A DNA stretch of 64,000 nt from assembly GCF_000027125.1 (NCBI RefSeq), contig NC_017626.1; one strand, given 5' to 3'. The stretch is from Escherichia coli 042 (GTDB taxonomy: Bacteria > Pseudomonadota > Gammaproteobacteria > Enterobacterales > Enterobacteriaceae). Numbering within the stretch: position 1 is the stretch's first letter; the number at the start of each line of letters is the position of its first letter. Both the position numbers and the translations under genes were made by a program. Positions 44,559 through 55,733 of this stretch are shown piece after piece. Under the pieces are notes generated by a model. That model searched no databases. It was not told the DNA's origin and saw nothing but the letters and a program-made list of their open reading frames with translations.

Positions 44559-44577
44559 AGATTCCTCACTGTTTGCT

Positions 44578-44622
44578 TTGCCTGATGCGACGCTCACACG
44601 TCTTATCAGGCCTACAAGACCG
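44578..44622. repeat. REP element
   Basis: gcctgatgcgacgctcacacgtcttatcaggcctaca between cysH and cysI. Confidence 0.7.
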
Positions 44623-44633
44623 GGCTGATGGTT

Positions 44634-46346
44634 TTAATCCCACAAATCGCGCGCCGGATCGAGCACCGGGCGAATGATGCCCGCACGCACCGTAAAGTCG
44701 CCGAAGCCTTCACCCGCTTCGCGCTCTTTCGCCCAGCGCCCTATCAGTTCATCAAGCGACGCCAGGATTTCCGGCTCGGTGATGTTTTCTTTATACATCC
44801 GTGGGATACGTGTCCCAATGCGGTTGCCGCCAAGATGCAGGTTGTAGCGACCCGGCGCTTTACCCACCAGGCCCATTTCCGCCAGCATCGCACGACCACA
44901 ACCGTTCGGGCAGCCTGTTACACGCATCACGATATGCTCATCGCTGACACCATGTTTCGCCATTAAATTATCGATGTTGTCGATAAAAGACGGCAGGAAA
45001 CGCTCTGCTTCCGCCATCGCCAGCGGGCAAGTCGGGAACGAGACGCAGGCCATTGAGTTTTCACGCTGCGGCGTGACGGCATTCATTAACCCGCTCTCTT
45101 TGGCGATCTTCTCGATCTTCGCTTTCTCGCTTTCCGGTACGCCGGCGATGATCAGATTCTGGTTCGCCGTAATGCGGAAATCACCTTTGTGGATCTTCGC
45201 GATCTCCAGCAGGCCGGTTTTCAGCGGACGCCCCGGATAATCAAGGATGCGACCATTTTCGATAAACAGCGTCAGGTGCCAGTTATCATCAATGCCCTTA
45301 ACCCAGCCAATACGATCTCCGCGTCCGGTGAACTCATACGGACGGATCGGTTCAAATTTGATCCCCGCACGACGCTCCACTTCTGCTTTAAACGTCTCAA
45401 CCCCAACGCGTTCCAGCGTGTATTTGGTTTTGGCATTTTTACGATCGGTACGGTTACCCCAGTCGCGCTGAGTCGTCACGACGGCTTCCGCCACCGCCAA
45501 GGTATGCTCCAGCGGCAGATAACCAAACTCACTCGCCGTGCGGGCGTAGGTTTTCTTGTTGCCGTGCTCGATGGAAAGCCCGCCGCCCACCAGCAGGTTA
45601 AAGCCCACCAGCTTGCCGTTTTCGGCGATCGCCACGAAGTTCATATCGTTGGCGTGCAGATCGATATCGTTCTGCGGCGGTATCACCACCGTGGTTTTGA
45701 ACTTACGCGGCAGATAGGTCTGACCGAGTATCGGCTCTTCATCGGTGGTGGCGACTTTTTCCTGATCGAGCCAGATCTCCGCATACGCGCGAGTACGCGG
45801 CAGCAGATGTTCAGAGATTTTCTTCGCCCATTCATAGGCTTCCGCGTGCAGCTGCGACTCGTAAGGGTTCGAGGTGCAGAGTACGTTACGGTTCATGTCG
45901 TTAGCAGTCGCCAGCGCATCAAGACCGACCGAGTGCAGCATCTGGTGCACCGGTTTGACGTTCTTTTTCAGAATGCCGTGGAACTGAAACGTCTGGCGGT
46001 TGGTCAGGCGAATGCTGCCATAGATGGTGTTTTCACCGGCAAATTTATCGATCGCCTGCCACTGTTTGGTGGTAATCACCCCACCCGGCAGACGACAGCG
46101 CAGCAGCATCGCATGACGCGGCTCCAGCTTCTGTTCAGCACGTTCAGCGCGGATGTCGCGGTCATCCTGTTGATACATGCCGTGGAAGCGGATCAGCAGG
46201 AAGTTATCGCCCTTAAAGCCGCCGGTCAGACCGTCGTTTAAATCTTCCGCAATGGTGCCGCGCAGGTAGTTGCTCTCCAGCTTCATGCGCTCGGCGTCTG
46301 CCAGTTTTCCTTCGACCACTAAAGGCCCTGGATGTTTTTCGCTCAT
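44634..46346 (-). CDS. cysI: sulfite reductase hemoprotein beta subunit
   Basis: 570 aa; siroheme/Fe-S Cys motifs (TGCPNGC). Confidence 0.96.
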   Translation of the reverse strand: MSEKHPGPLVVEGKLADAERMKLESNYLRGTIAEDLNDGLTGGFKGDNFLLIRFHGMYQQDDRDIRAERAEQKLEPRHAMLLRCRLPGGVITTKQWQAIDKFAGENTIYGSIRLTNRQTFQFHGILKKNVKPVHQMLHSVGLDALATANDMNRNVLCTSNPYESQLHAEAYEWAKKISEHLLPRTRAYAEIWLDQEKVATTDEEPILGQTYLPRKFKTTVVIPPQNDIDLHANDMNFVAIAENGKLVGFNLLVGGGLSIEHGNKKTYARTASEFGYLPLEHTLAVAEAVVTTQRDWGNRTDRKNAKTKYTLERVGVETFKAEVERRAGIKFEPIRPYEFTGRGDRIGWVKGIDDNWHLTLFIENGRILDYPGRPLKTGLLEIAKIHKGDFRITANQNLIIAGVPESEKAKIEKIAKESGLMNAVTPQRENSMACVSFPTCPLAMAEAERFLPSFIDNIDNLMAKHGVSDEHIVMRVTGCPNGCGRAMLAEMGLVGKAPGRYNLHLGGNRIGTRIPRMYKENITEPEILASLDELIGRWAKEREAGEGFGDFTVRAGIIRPVLDPARDLWD

Positions 46347-48145
46347 TAGTAGACATCTCGCTGATAACGGCGCTCTACGCGCAGCTCACTTAAAAATTCA
46401 TCCGCCGCTTCGGTGTCCATGCCACCAAATTCGGCAATCACTTCCAGAAGTGCCTGCTCAACGTCTTTCGCCATGCGATTAGCGTCGCCGCAGACATAAA
46501 TGTGGGCACCGTCATTGATCCAGCGCCACAGCTCTGCGCCCTGTTCGCGCAGTTTGTCTTGTACGTAAATTTTTTCTTTTTGATCGCGCGACCAGGCAAG
46601 ATCGATCCGCGTCAGCACGCCCTCTTTGACGTAGCGCTGCCATTCCACCTGGTAGAGGAAATCTTCCGTAAAGTGCGGGTTGCCAAAGAACAGCCAGTTT
46701 TTCCCCGGCGCTTCGTCGGCGGCGCGTTGCTGCATAAAGGCGCGGAACGGCGCGATGCCGGTGCCTGGGCCAATCATAATCACTGGGGTTTCTGGGTTGG
46801 CTGGCAGGCGGAAGTTGTCGTTATGTTCGATAAATACGCGGACTTCGCCCTCTTCTTCCACGCGGTCCGCGAGGAAGCTGGAGGCACCACCGGCACGGGC
46901 GCGGCCTTCCACGTCGTAACGCACCACACCAACGGTGACGTGTACTTCGTTCTCGACTTCCGCCTGCGAGGAGGCGATGGAATACAGGCGCGGGGTCAGC
47001 GGGCGCAGCAGATTAATCAGCGCTTCGGCATTCAGTTGCGCCGGAGAGAAACGCACCATGTCGACAATCGGCGTGGTCGCGGCGTAATGCTGTAACTTCG
47101 CTTTATCGCCCACCAGCGGCAGCAGCGTTTCGCTGCGGGTAAGCGTGGCGTAGTTCTCAACAATGTTGGCGGTGTTGACGGTCAGTTCAAAGTGCCACTG
47201 GAGCGCTTCGCTCAGGGTCAGCGTTTTGCCGTCAACGGTGACAGTTTCATCGCCTTTCAGCCACAGCAGTTCGACAAGTTCTTTCACCAGTGCCGGATCG
47301 TTCTGATACCAGACGCCCAGCGCGTCACCCGGCTGGTAACGCAGGCCCGAGTCACCTAAGTCAATTTCGATATGGCGAACGTCTTTTTCAGAGTTACGCC
47401 CGGTAATTTTCTGGTTAACAGAGAGGCTCGCCACCAGCGGCGCGTCTTTGCTGTACGGGCTGGTGTGGATTTCATTTACCGCGCCAGTAGCGACGGATTG
47501 CGAAGGTGCCGCGACAGGCGCACGCGATTTAAGCGCATCAACCACGCGGGCGCGCCACTCGATGGCAGCAGCCTGGTATTCAACGTCGGCATCGACACGG
47601 TCGAGCAGGCGTTCACCGCCCAGTTCCGCCAGCTTGCTGTCAAAATCTTTCCCGGACTGGCAGAAAAATTCATAAGAGCTATCGCCGAGGCTAAACACGG
47701 CAAACGCGGTGTTTTCCAGCTTTGGCGCTTTTTTGGAGAACAGGAACTTATGCAGCGCGACGGCTTCTTCCGGCGGTTCCCCTTCCCCTTGCGTTGACGT
47801 CACCACGATGAGCAGTTTTTCGCTGGCGATTTGTTTGAATTTATAGTCGCCCGCGTTCACCAGCTTAACGTTCAGTTTTGCCGCTAATAAATCATCGCGT
47901 AATGCTTCAGCAACCCGGCGCGCATTGCCGGTTTGCGAAGCAGAGATAATAGTTATACCCGGCATTTCTGCGGCTGGCGCTGGCGTCGCTGCAAGCGCAG
48001 CAGGCTGCTGATTGAGCACGCCCCAGAAATAGCCAGAAACCCAGGCAAGCTGGGTGGGAGTTAAATCGGTCGTGGCCGCCTGAAGGCGTGCCAGTTGCTC
48101 CGGGTTCAACGGAAGCAACGCGGAAGGTGGGACCTGTGTCGTCAT
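46346..48145 (-). CDS. cysJ: sulfite reductase flavoprotein alpha subunit
   Basis: 599 aa; flavodoxin plus FNR-like domains. Confidence 0.96.
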   Translation of the reverse strand: MTTQVPPSALLPLNPEQLARLQAATTDLTPTQLAWVSGYFWGVLNQQPAALAATPAPAAEMPGITIISASQTGNARRVAEALRDDLLAAKLNVKLVNAGDYKFKQIASEKLLIVVTSTQGEGEPPEEAVALHKFLFSKKAPKLENTAFAVFSLGDSSYEFFCQSGKDFDSKLAELGGERLLDRVDADVEYQAAAIEWRARVVDALKSRAPVAAPSQSVATGAVNEIHTSPYSKDAPLVASLSVNQKITGRNSEKDVRHIEIDLGDSGLRYQPGDALGVWYQNDPALVKELVELLWLKGDETVTVDGKTLTLSEALQWHFELTVNTANIVENYATLTRSETLLPLVGDKAKLQHYAATTPIVDMVRFSPAQLNAEALINLLRPLTPRLYSIASSQAEVENEVHVTVGVVRYDVEGRARAGGASSFLADRVEEEGEVRVFIEHNDNFRLPANPETPVIMIGPGTGIAPFRAFMQQRAADEAPGKNWLFFGNPHFTEDFLYQVEWQRYVKEGVLTRIDLAWSRDQKEKIYVQDKLREQGAELWRWINDGAHIYVCGDANRMAKDVEQALLEVIAEFGGMDTEAADEFLSELRVERRYQRDVY

Positions 48146-48460
48146 GCGTCGTTATGTTCCAGTAAGCAAAGCTGTTTCTGCGCCCTGTCAGCGCCCATAA
48201 AACAGAAGAGAAGGTAAGGTTAACGGGGTGAACGGTGTGGATTAAAGACGGGATAGCGATAACTAATAACCAAATCGACTAACCTGTTTTAGCAATAGTC
48301 TTTAACAACAAAATAGATTAACCAACCCAATGAAAAACAAATGAATTTAGCCAATCATTAAGATAAATTAGCGATTTTGCGCAACAAAGTCGTTTTAGAT
48401 AATGCGAAAAAACAGCCTTTCCGGTACTCTACGGCGGTTTTATCGTCCTGTAGAGAAATT
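48146..48460. promoter_or_regulatory. divergent cysJIH / queD promoter region (expected CysB-activated cysJ promoter)
   Basis: 315-bp AT-rich non-coding gap upstream of cysJ; individual sites not resolved. Confidence 0.5.
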
Positions 48461-48826
48461 ATGATGTCCACCACGTTATTTAAAGATTTCACCTTCGAAG
48501 CCGCTCACCGCTTACCACACGTCCCGGAAGGACATAAATGTGGTCGCCTGCACGGGCATTCCTTTATGGTGCGACTGGAAATCACCGGGGAAGTCGATCC
48601 GCATACGGGCTGGATTATCGATTTCGCTGAACTGAAAGCGGCGTTTAAGCCAACCTACGAGCGTCTCGATCACCATTATCTCAATGATATTCCAGGTCTG
48701 GAAAACCCAACCAGCGAAGTTTTAGCAAAATGGATTTGGGATCAAGTTAAACCGGTTGTGCCGCTGTTAAGTGCGGTGATGGTAAAAGAAACCTGTACTG
48801 CAGGCTGTATCTATCGCGGCGAATGA
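48461..48826 (+). CDS. queD: 6-carboxy-5,6,7,8-tetrahydropterin synthase
   Basis: 121 aa from [18 protein letters not shown]; CxxHGH motif. Confidence 0.93.
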   Translation: MMSTTLFKDFTFEAAHRLPHVPEGHKCGRLHGHSFMVRLEITGEVDPHTGWIIDFAELKAAFKPTYERLDHHYLNDIPGLENPTSEVLAKWIWDQVKPVVPLLSAVMVKETCTAGCIYRGE

Positions 48827-48903
48827 TAAGAGTGTGTCGGCGGTCAATTTCCCTTAAGTAACGCCATGTTAGGGTGTTGTGTTCTGGATATCTGGGGCAT
48901 GAC

Positions 48904-50175
48904 ATGGAAGACAACTGCGACATTATTATTATTGGTGCGGGTATAGCAGGCACCGCTTGCGCGTTACGCTGCACGCGGGCAGGTTTGTCCGTTCTGTTAC
49001 TGGAACGCGCTGAAATCCCCGGCAGCAAAAATCTTTCCGGCGGGCGTTTATACACCCATGCGCTCGCGGAACTCCTCCCGCAATTTCATCTGACCGCGCC
49101 TCTTGAACGACGCATCACTCACGAAAGCCTTTCTCTGCTAACGCCGGATGGCGCAACGACGTTTTCCAGCTTACAGCCCGGCCGTGAATCCTGGAGTGTA
49201 TTACGTGCACGGTTCGATCCGTGGCTGGTTGCCGAAGCCGAAAAAGAAGGTGTCGAATGCATCCCCGGTGCGACGGTGGATGCGCTGTATGAAGAAAACG
49301 GCAGGGTGTGTGGTGTCATTTGTGGTGACGATATTCTCCGCGCCCGTTATGTGGTGCTGGCAGAAGGTGCCAACAGCGTCCTGGCTGAACGTCACGGGTT
49401 AGTGACTCGTCCTGCTGGCGAAGCGATGGCGTTGGGGATCAAAGAAGTGCTGTCGCTGGAAACATCCGCTATTGAAGAACGTTTTCATCTGGAGAATAAC
49501 GAAGGCGCAGCGTTGCTGTTCAGCGGCGGGATCTGTGATGACTTACCCGGCGGCGCATTTCTTTATACTAATCAACAAACGCTCTCGTTAGGGATTGTTT
49601 GCCCGCTCTCTTCCCTTACGCAAAGTCGTGTTCCGGCAAGCGAGCTGCTGGCTCGCTTTAAAACGCATCCGGCAGTGCGCCCGCTTATCAAAAACACGGA
49701 ATCACTGGAGTATGGTGCGCATCTGGTGCCAGAAGGTGGCTTGCACAGTATGCCGGTGCAATACGCCGGTAACGGCTGGCTGCTGCTGGGCGATGCGTTG
49801 CGCAGTTGCGTCAATACCGGAATTTCCGTGCGCGGCATGGATATGGCGCTAACTGGCGCGCAGGCGGCGGCACAAACGCTGATAAGCGCCTGCCAGCACC
49901 GCGAGCCGCAAAATCTGTTTCCGCTTTATCATCACAACGTCGAGCGCAGCCTGCTATGGGATGTTCTACAACGTTATCAGCATGTTCCGGCGCTTTTGCA
50001 ACGCCCTGGATGGTACCGTGCGTGGCCTGCGTTAATGCAGGATATTTCCCGCGATTTATGGGATCAGGGTGATAAACCTGTTCCACCGCTGCGCCAGTTA
50101 TTCTGGCGTCATTTACGTCGTCACGGCCTGTGGCATCTGGCGGGCGATGTTGTCAGGAGTATTCGATGTCTGTAG
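48904..50175 (+). CDS. ygcN: FixC-like flavoprotein dehydrogenase (ETF:quinone oxidoreductase family)
   Basis: About 423 aa from MEDNCDIIIIGAGIAGTA (FAD-binding GxGxxG). Confidence 0.88.
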   Translation: MEDNCDIIIIGAGIAGTACALRCTRAGLSVLLLERAEIPGSKNLSGGRLYTHALAELLPQFHLTAPLERRITHESLSLLTPDGATTFSSLQPGRESWSVLRARFDPWLVAEAEKEGVECIPGATVDALYEENGRVCGVICGDDILRARYVVLAEGANSVLAERHGLVTRPAGEAMALGIKEVLSLETSAIEERFHLENNEGAALLFSGGICDDLPGGAFLYTNQQTLSLGIVCPLSSLTQSRVPASELLARFKTHPAVRPLIKNTESLEYGAHLVPEGGLHSMPVQYAGNGWLLLGDALRSCVNTGISVRGMDMALTGAQAAAQTLISACQHREPQNLFPLYHHNVERSLLWDVLQRYQHVPALLQRPGWYRAWPALMQDISRDLWDQGDKPVPPLRQLFWRHLRRHGLWHLAGDVVRSIRCL

Positions 50176-50426
50176 CCCGTAATCTCTGGCGCGCTGCTGA
50201 TGCGCCACATATTGTTCCGGCAGACTCCGTTGAGCGCCAGACGGCACAACAGTTGATTAACGCTTGTCCGGCTGGTCTTTTTTCGCTCACACCGGAGGGT
50301 GATTTGCACGTTGATTATCGTAATTGTCTGGAGTGCGGCACCTGCCGTTTGCTGTGCGATGAAAAAACGCTACAACAGTGGCACTATCCGCCTTCCGGAT
50401 TCGGCATCACCTACCGCTTTGGATAA
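50166..50426 (+). CDS. ygcO: FixX-like ferredoxin
   Basis: 86 aa from MSVARN; CxxCxxC...C motif. Confidence 0.85.
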   Translation: MSVARNLWRAADAPHIVPADSVERQTAQQLINACPAGLFSLTPEGDLHVDYRNCLECGTCRLLCDEKTLQQWHYPPSGFGITYRFG

Positions 50427-50442
50427 ATAATAAGGATAATTT

Positions 50443-51018
50443 ATGCCCCTCTTACACCTGCTCCGCCAGAATCCGGTGATTGCTGCCGTTAAAGATAATG
50501 CCAGCCTGCAACTGGCAATCGATTCTGAATGCCAGTTTATTTCCGTGTTGTACGGCAATATCTGCACCATCAGTAATATCGTTAAAAAGATTAAAAACGC
50601 CGGAAAATATGCCTTTATTCATGTTGATTTGCTGGAAGGCGCATCGAACAAAGAAGTGGTGATTCAGTTTCTGAAACTGGTGACCGAGGCGGACGGCATT
50701 ATCAGCACGAAAGCATCGATGCTAAAAGCGGCAAGAGCGGAAGGTTTTTTCTGTATTCATCGCCTGTTTATTGTTGATTCGATTTCGTTTCACAACATTG
50801 ATAAGCAAGTTGCGCAATCGAATCCGGATTGTATTGAGATCCTGCCAGGCTGTATGCCTAAAGTGCTAGGCTGGGTGACGGAGAAAATCCGCCAACCGCT
50901 GATTGCCGGCGGGCTGGTGTGCGATGAAGAAGATGCGCGTAATGCGATTAACGCGGGTGTTGTGGCGCTTTCCACCACGAATACCGGGGTCTGGACGTTA
51001 GCGAAAAAATTGCTTTGA
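50443..51018 (+). CDS. ygcP: GlpP-like glycerol-3-phosphate-responsive antiterminator family protein
   Basis: 191 aa ORF with GlpP-family similarity. Confidence 0.8.
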   Translation: MPLLHLLRQNPVIAAVKDNASLQLAIDSECQFISVLYGNICTISNIVKKIKNAGKYAFIHVDLLEGASNKEVVIQFLKLVTEADGIISTKASMLKAARAEGFFCIHRLFIVDSISFHNIDKQVAQSNPDCIEILPGCMPKVLGWVTEKIRQPLIAGGLVCDEEDARNAINAGVVALSTTNTGVWTLAKKLL

Positions 51019-51054
51019 CGGGATACTCGTAACGAGTTGAATTTGTGTGATTTG

Positions 51055-51160
51055 TAGGCTGCACGCCACATCCGACATTCAGCGCCTGATGCGACGCTTG
51101 ACGCGTCTTATCAGGCTTACAAGTCCCCAGCCCAGAACCGTAGGCAGGATCATCCGGCTG
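51055..51160. repeat. REP/BIME element
   Basis: gcctgatgcgacgcttgacgcgtcttatcaggcttaca plus flanking inverted copy between ygcP and ygcQ. Confidence 0.7.
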
Positions 51161-51164
51161 CACG

Positions 51165-52025
51165 TTATTGGCATTCTGCGTGAATGTTTGTCACCAGTGC
51201 CTCCAGCACCACTTTCCAGTCATCAACCACGCCAACATCTGCCTGTGAAAATACCGCTGCGCTGGCGTCATGATTAATCGCCACCACAAACTTGCTATTG
51301 CGTACGCCCGCCATTAACGCTGCTGCGCCGGAAGCGCCAACAACAATACACACCTCAGGTGCCAGCAGATGTCCGGAAATACCAATCACTTTTTCAGCAT
51401 CAACGCCACCGTTCATCACTCGCGCCCGACTGTAGCCCACTTCGGCTCCCAGCTTTTCTGCCAGCATAGCGATTTCCTGGTTATCTGCCTCTCCGCCCTG
51501 CCCCACCACCAGCACCCGTCTGGCCTCAGCTAATGGGTCACGGGTAACATTTTTCAGATCCTCTGTGCTAACCAGCCAGTCGGGAAGCGCGCCGGGGACA
51601 ATGTTCAGTTGCTGCATACCAGAGGGCAATGTGGCGTTTTTCACTGCTCCCGCCTGGCGGGCAAGGGAAAGGCATAGCGGGCGTTTTTCTGTTTGCAGCG
51701 TCGCCGTTAGCGCATTTCCCCAGTGGGATTTGCGCACGCTTACGGTTGAAATATCTAACGAAGTCACCTGGCAGATGCTTGCACCATGTAAACGCCAGGC
51801 CAGCCGGGTCGACAGTTCATCACCAAACGTTCCCGGCGGAAAGAGAACAACGTCCGCTGGCGTTCGCTGCCACTGTTCCACCAGCGCATCCAGCACCTGT
51901 TCCGCCACTACGGGCTGAGGTTCAATCTGCCAGTGTGCCAGGGTACAACCGCTGAAATCCTGTTCTGCCAGCCAGCTCGCTATTGCGGCATTCTCCTGAT
52001 TTATTGTCACAATTGCGATATTCAT
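51165..52025 (-). CDS. ygcQ: electron transfer flavoprotein alpha subunit (FixB-like)
   Basis: About 286 aa from MNIAIV; ETF-alpha C-terminal FAD domain. Confidence 0.88.
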   Translation of the reverse strand: MNIAIVTINQENAAIASWLAEQDFSGCTLAHWQIEPQPVVAEQVLDALVEQWQRTPADVVLFPPGTFGDELSTRLAWRLHGASICQVTSLDISTVSVRKSHWGNALTATLQTEKRPLCLSLARQAGAVKNATLPSGMQQLNIVPGALPDWLVSTEDLKNVTRDPLAEARRVLVVGQGGEADNQEIAMLAEKLGAEVGYSRARVMNGGVDAEKVIGISGHLLAPEVCIVVGASGAAALMAGVRNSKFVVAINHDASAAVFSQADVGVVDDWKVVLEALVTNIHAECQ

Positions 52026-52801
52026 GGCTGCATCCTTTGGCGTAAATAGTCCTGCCATAGCTTTTGCGCTTTTTCTGCTACCGTTTGCCCATCAATCAGC
52101 GTCGCTCCGCGTTGTTGCTCTGCTCTTGCCAGTTGCAGACACTGCATCGCTGGCGATTCGGCAGCAACAGTTTTACGGATAATTGCTGCTTTCCCCGCCG
52201 CCATTCGCTGACGCATTCCCGGTACTGGCAAGGCCACTTCACCGCACTGACGCACGGCAATCACCGCAGGCAAGCGAACCCGGCAACAGCGCAGCCCATG
52301 TTCAGTACGCTGTTCGAGGGTGATAAACGGCGCGTCGAGAGTGAAACGCTCCACCTGGGTGAAGCAGGGCCAGCCCAGCATTTCCGCCAGCAAAAATGGC
52401 GTTTGCCCATTCTGCCCTTCGCTGCTTTGGCAGCCGGTAATTATCAGATCCAGCGGATTCTGACGCTGCCATTCGGCAATATGGCGAGCGACAAATTCCG
52501 GCGCAAAGCGCAGATCTGCCGCCGTCTCCAGTAATACAGCTTCCTCAAACCCAAGAGCCATGAGATAGCGCAGCCATTGCAACGCCCGTTCATCCCCCAT
52601 GCTCAACGCGGTTAAAGACATCGACGTACCGTTTTTTCTCTGCGTCAACAGCAGCGCGGCGGCAGCCTGTTCATCAGCACCGAGTAAACTTCGCAGAAGC
52701 GAAACATCCGGCCCGCAGTTACCCTGAGCCGCCGCCTGCCACTCTTTTTCCGCCAGCATTCCGGCATCCGGTTCGGCTTTAAACGCTAACAGAATGTTCA
52801 T
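52022..52801 (-). CDS. ygcR: electron transfer flavoprotein beta subunit (FixA-like)
   Basis: About 259 aa from MNILLAFK. Confidence 0.88.
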   Translation of the reverse strand: MNILLAFKAEPDAGMLAEKEWQAAAQGNCGPDVSLLRSLLGADEQAAAALLLTQRKNGTSMSLTALSMGDERALQWLRYLMALGFEEAVLLETAADLRFAPEFVARHIAEWQRQNPLDLIITGCQSSEGQNGQTPFLLAEMLGWPCFTQVERFTLDAPFITLEQRTEHGLRCCRVRLPAVIAVRQCGEVALPVPGMRQRMAAGKAAIIRKTVAAESPAMQCLQLARAEQQRGATLIDGQTVAEKAQKLWQDYLRQRMQP

Positions 52802-54116
52802 TCGCACCTCCTACATTTCCCGCCGCCACCAGCGGGAGTGCTTTGGTTTCTGGTGCCCATAGCCAGGTCACAACAAACCCAATCAACAACACTGCCGCCA
52901 GAAGCAATAAGGTGGCCTGCATTCCCCACTGCGCCAGCACCCACGGCAGCAGGCCGGTACTTACCGCCGCGCCCAACCGGCTCATGGCGGTGGCAAAACC
53001 GACGCCCAGAGAGCGAATGTCGGTGGGGAAACTTTCCGCAGGCAAAATGCCCACCAGATTACTGACTGCCGAAATGGTGGTACTGAAGAGAACAAAAAGC
53101 AGCAGCGTTAATGAACTGCCGGAAGGCAAACAGGCCATCACAACCAGCGTTGCCGCCAGCAGCAAAAAACTGCCAAGTAAAAATTTGCGATGTGCCAGCA
53201 GGTGCGTCAGAACTAATCCCAGCAGCGCGCCCACAATTAACAACGCATTAAGCATCAGGCTGGCAGTCAGCGCATCTTCCAGTCCAATCGTCTGGGCGAT
53301 AGTTGGCAGCCAGGTATAAATCACAAACCACGGGATCACGAGGCAGACAAAGAAGACGCTGTTAAACACCGTGCGCCGCCAGTAACGTGAAGAGAACAAA
53401 GTTTTGATATGTTTATGGGTCGCCGTTGCCACTTCATCGCCCAATAAAACATGGGGACCCAAATAGCGATGTACGATAGCGTGAGCTTCTGCAAAACGCC
53501 CCTGGCGCAGTAGCCAGCGCGGCGATTCTGGTGTTCCCCAACGTAACAGGGTAATCAGCAAGGCGGGCAGCGCCGCCGATGCCAGCAGCCAGCGCCAGGC
53601 CTCCGGGCTTTCGCTAATAAAGTGATGTCCGGCAATACTTGCCAGCACATAGCCCACCGTCCACACCACGCTGAATGCGCCCAGCAAAATACCGCGATGG
53701 CGGCGCGGAGAAAATTCAGCCAGCAAGGTGTGGCCTACTGAATAATCGCCTCCCAGTCCAATGCCTATCAAAATGCGCAGGCCAATCAGGTGCTCTGGCG
53801 TGGTGGCAAAAAATTGTAAAAACGAGGCGAGCGTAATCAGCACAAAGCTGAAGGTGAAGATTTTTTGTCGCCCGATATGGTCGGAGATCCACCCCAAAAC
53901 CAGACTGCCAAGAAACAAACCCAGTAGCGCCGAGCCGCCGATCATTCCTGCCATAAACGGCGTCAGTTGCATGGCTGGCGTAAGCTGAATAATGGCGTAC
54001 CCAATGACGCCGAGGACATAACCATCGGTCAGGTGTGCGCCGAAAGTGAGCGCAGCAATTCGGCAGTGAAAACTGTTAAGCGGTAAATCATCCATTCGCA
54101 CCGGTGAAGTGTTCAT
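52779..54116 (-). CDS. ygcS: MFS transporter
   Basis: About 445 aa from MNTSPV; 12-TM MFS signature GRQK. Confidence 0.88.
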   Translation of the reverse strand: MNTSPVRMDDLPLNSFHCRIAALTFGAHLTDGYVLGVIGYAIIQLTPAMQLTPFMAGMIGGSALLGLFLGSLVLGWISDHIGRQKIFTFSFVLITLASFLQFFATTPEHLIGLRILIGIGLGGDYSVGHTLLAEFSPRRHRGILLGAFSVVWTVGYVLASIAGHHFISESPEAWRWLLASAALPALLITLLRWGTPESPRWLLRQGRFAEAHAIVHRYLGPHVLLGDEVATATHKHIKTLFSSRYWRRTVFNSVFFVCLVIPWFVIYTWLPTIAQTIGLEDALTASLMLNALLIVGALLGLVLTHLLAHRKFLLGSFLLLAATLVVMACLPSGSSLTLLLFVLFSTTISAVSNLVGILPAESFPTDIRSLGVGFATAMSRLGAAVSTGLLPWVLAQWGMQATLLLLAAVLLIGFVVTWLWAPETKALPLVAAGNVGGANEHSVSV

Positions 54117-54209
54117 CTTTACCCCTTCATTGTCCGGTAATAAGAACGGCTTCTCACCTGAGAAGCCGAAAAGGCAACGCCCCGTCACCACGGGACGCTG
54201 CCTGACACA

Positions 54210-55664
54210 TTATTTTTCAATCGGATAGATAGTACCCGTGTTCATAATACCGTTAGGATCGAACTGCTTTTTCAGTCCTTCCAGCAACGCCCATGCGCTG
54301 CCGTGTTCCAGTTTGCTCCAGTGAACGCGATGTTTACCGATACCGTGGTGGTGCACCATCGAACCGCCGAGGCGAATGGTTTCTTCGCAGATGATTTTGT
54401 TGAGCGGATTGTGGTACTTGTCGATTTCCTCTTCCGGTTTGCAGTCTACAACGTTGTAGTCGTACACGAAGTACATGTTGGTGCCGTTCTGGTAGCTGTG
54501 AGAGGAGTGACCGCCCAGCATGGTGATGTCGTCGGCGTGTGGGAACTCGGTACGAATACGGTTGATGACGCTTTCGTAGATTTCGTGGATGCAGCTCCAG
54601 CAGCCGGACACTTCGGTGGTAAAGCCCATGTTGCCAGTTTTGAGGATCTGCACACGTTCGGCAGCCACTTTATCCGGCCCCCAGTTCAGGTTGTTAAACC
54701 AGGTTTCGATCAGTTTGCTGTCTACGCGCTGGCACTGCGGGTAGCGAGCAACAATTTCCGCAATCCCTTCGCCCGTCGCCTTCGCAATGCGTGGGTTACC
54801 TTCAGCCATAAAGATCAGCACGCATTTTCCGTCGGCAAAATGGGTGAAGTGTTGGGTGCCATCTTCAGCGTCATACAAACGAGCGATCGACGGACGATAC
54901 CCTTCCACCATGATTTCACGCAGGATGTTGAAGCCGGTTTTCATGTCTTCCAGGATATAGCCGTAGAAGAGGTTGTTTTCCGGGGTGAACTTAAAGATTT
55001 TCACAGTTACTTCAGTGATATAGCACAATGCACCTTCGTTGCCGATGATGATGTGACGAATGTCCGGGCCAGCTGCGCGGCGTGGCACGTTTTTAATACG
55101 TGTGACGGTGCCATCAGCCAATACTGCTTCCAGACCAACGACCATATCTTCGATTGCGCCGTAGAGTGTGGAAAACTGCCCGATACTGCGGGTCGCCACC
55201 AGGCCGCCCATCTGCGCCAGCGGCTTTGACTGCGGAGAATGCCCCGTGGTGTAACCTTTTTCACGCAACGCGTTTTCCAGCACCTCCAGCGGAACGCCAC
55301 ATTGCGCCGTGGCCTGCATATTCTCAATATCAATATTAATGATTTGATTCATGGCGGAGCCGTCGAGCACCACCGAGTTTTCCACAACGGTTTCCAGCCC
55401 ACCTTCGGTGGCGGAAGCACCGGTACGTGGCACACCGTTAATTTTGTGCGCATTCATAAAATTCAGCACACGGGAGACTTGTTCTGTGGAACCGAGTTTT
55501 ACGACCGCTGCCGGAATCGGCAAAGTATAAATACCATGAATATCCGGAAATTTACGAAAACGGTCAATACTGTTTTTCTTTAATACTGTTTCATCGGTAA
55601 TTACGCGATCTGCACCAACAATTTCCTTTAGCTGGTCGACAATCGCTGCGCGAGATAAAGACAT
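54210..55664 (-). CDS. ygcU: FAD-linked oxidoreductase (FAD-binding PCMH-type domain)
   Basis: 484 aa ORF with FAD-linked oxidase similarity. Confidence 0.88.
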   Translation of the reverse strand: MSLSRAAIVDQLKEIVGADRVITDETVLKKNSIDRFRKFPDIHGIYTLPIPAAVVKLGSTEQVSRVLNFMNAHKINGVPRTGASATEGGLETVVENSVVLDGSAMNQIINIDIENMQATAQCGVPLEVLENALREKGYTTGHSPQSKPLAQMGGLVATRSIGQFSTLYGAIEDMVVGLEAVLADGTVTRIKNVPRRAAGPDIRHIIIGNEGALCYITEVTVKIFKFTPENNLFYGYILEDMKTGFNILREIMVEGYRPSIARLYDAEDGTQHFTHFADGKCVLIFMAEGNPRIAKATGEGIAEIVARYPQCQRVDSKLIETWFNNLNWGPDKVAAERVQILKTGNMGFTTEVSGCWSCIHEIYESVINRIRTEFPHADDITMLGGHSSHSYQNGTNMYFVYDYNVVDCKPEEEIDKYHNPLNKIICEETIRLGGSMVHHHGIGKHRVHWSKLEHGSAWALLEGLKKQFDPNGIMNTGTIYPIEK

Positions 55665-55733
55665 AGTAATTCCTTCCTGATAATAAAAATGGAATAATCA
55701 TTAATAAGAGAAAACAGAAACCACCGTTATGGA

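Noticed and set aside
45189-46241. 350-aa plus-strand ORF antisense to cysI, and similar long antisense ORFs in cysJ, ygcU and hycC
   Set aside because: Shadow ORFs opposite strongly conserved genes; no independent RBS or domain signal.
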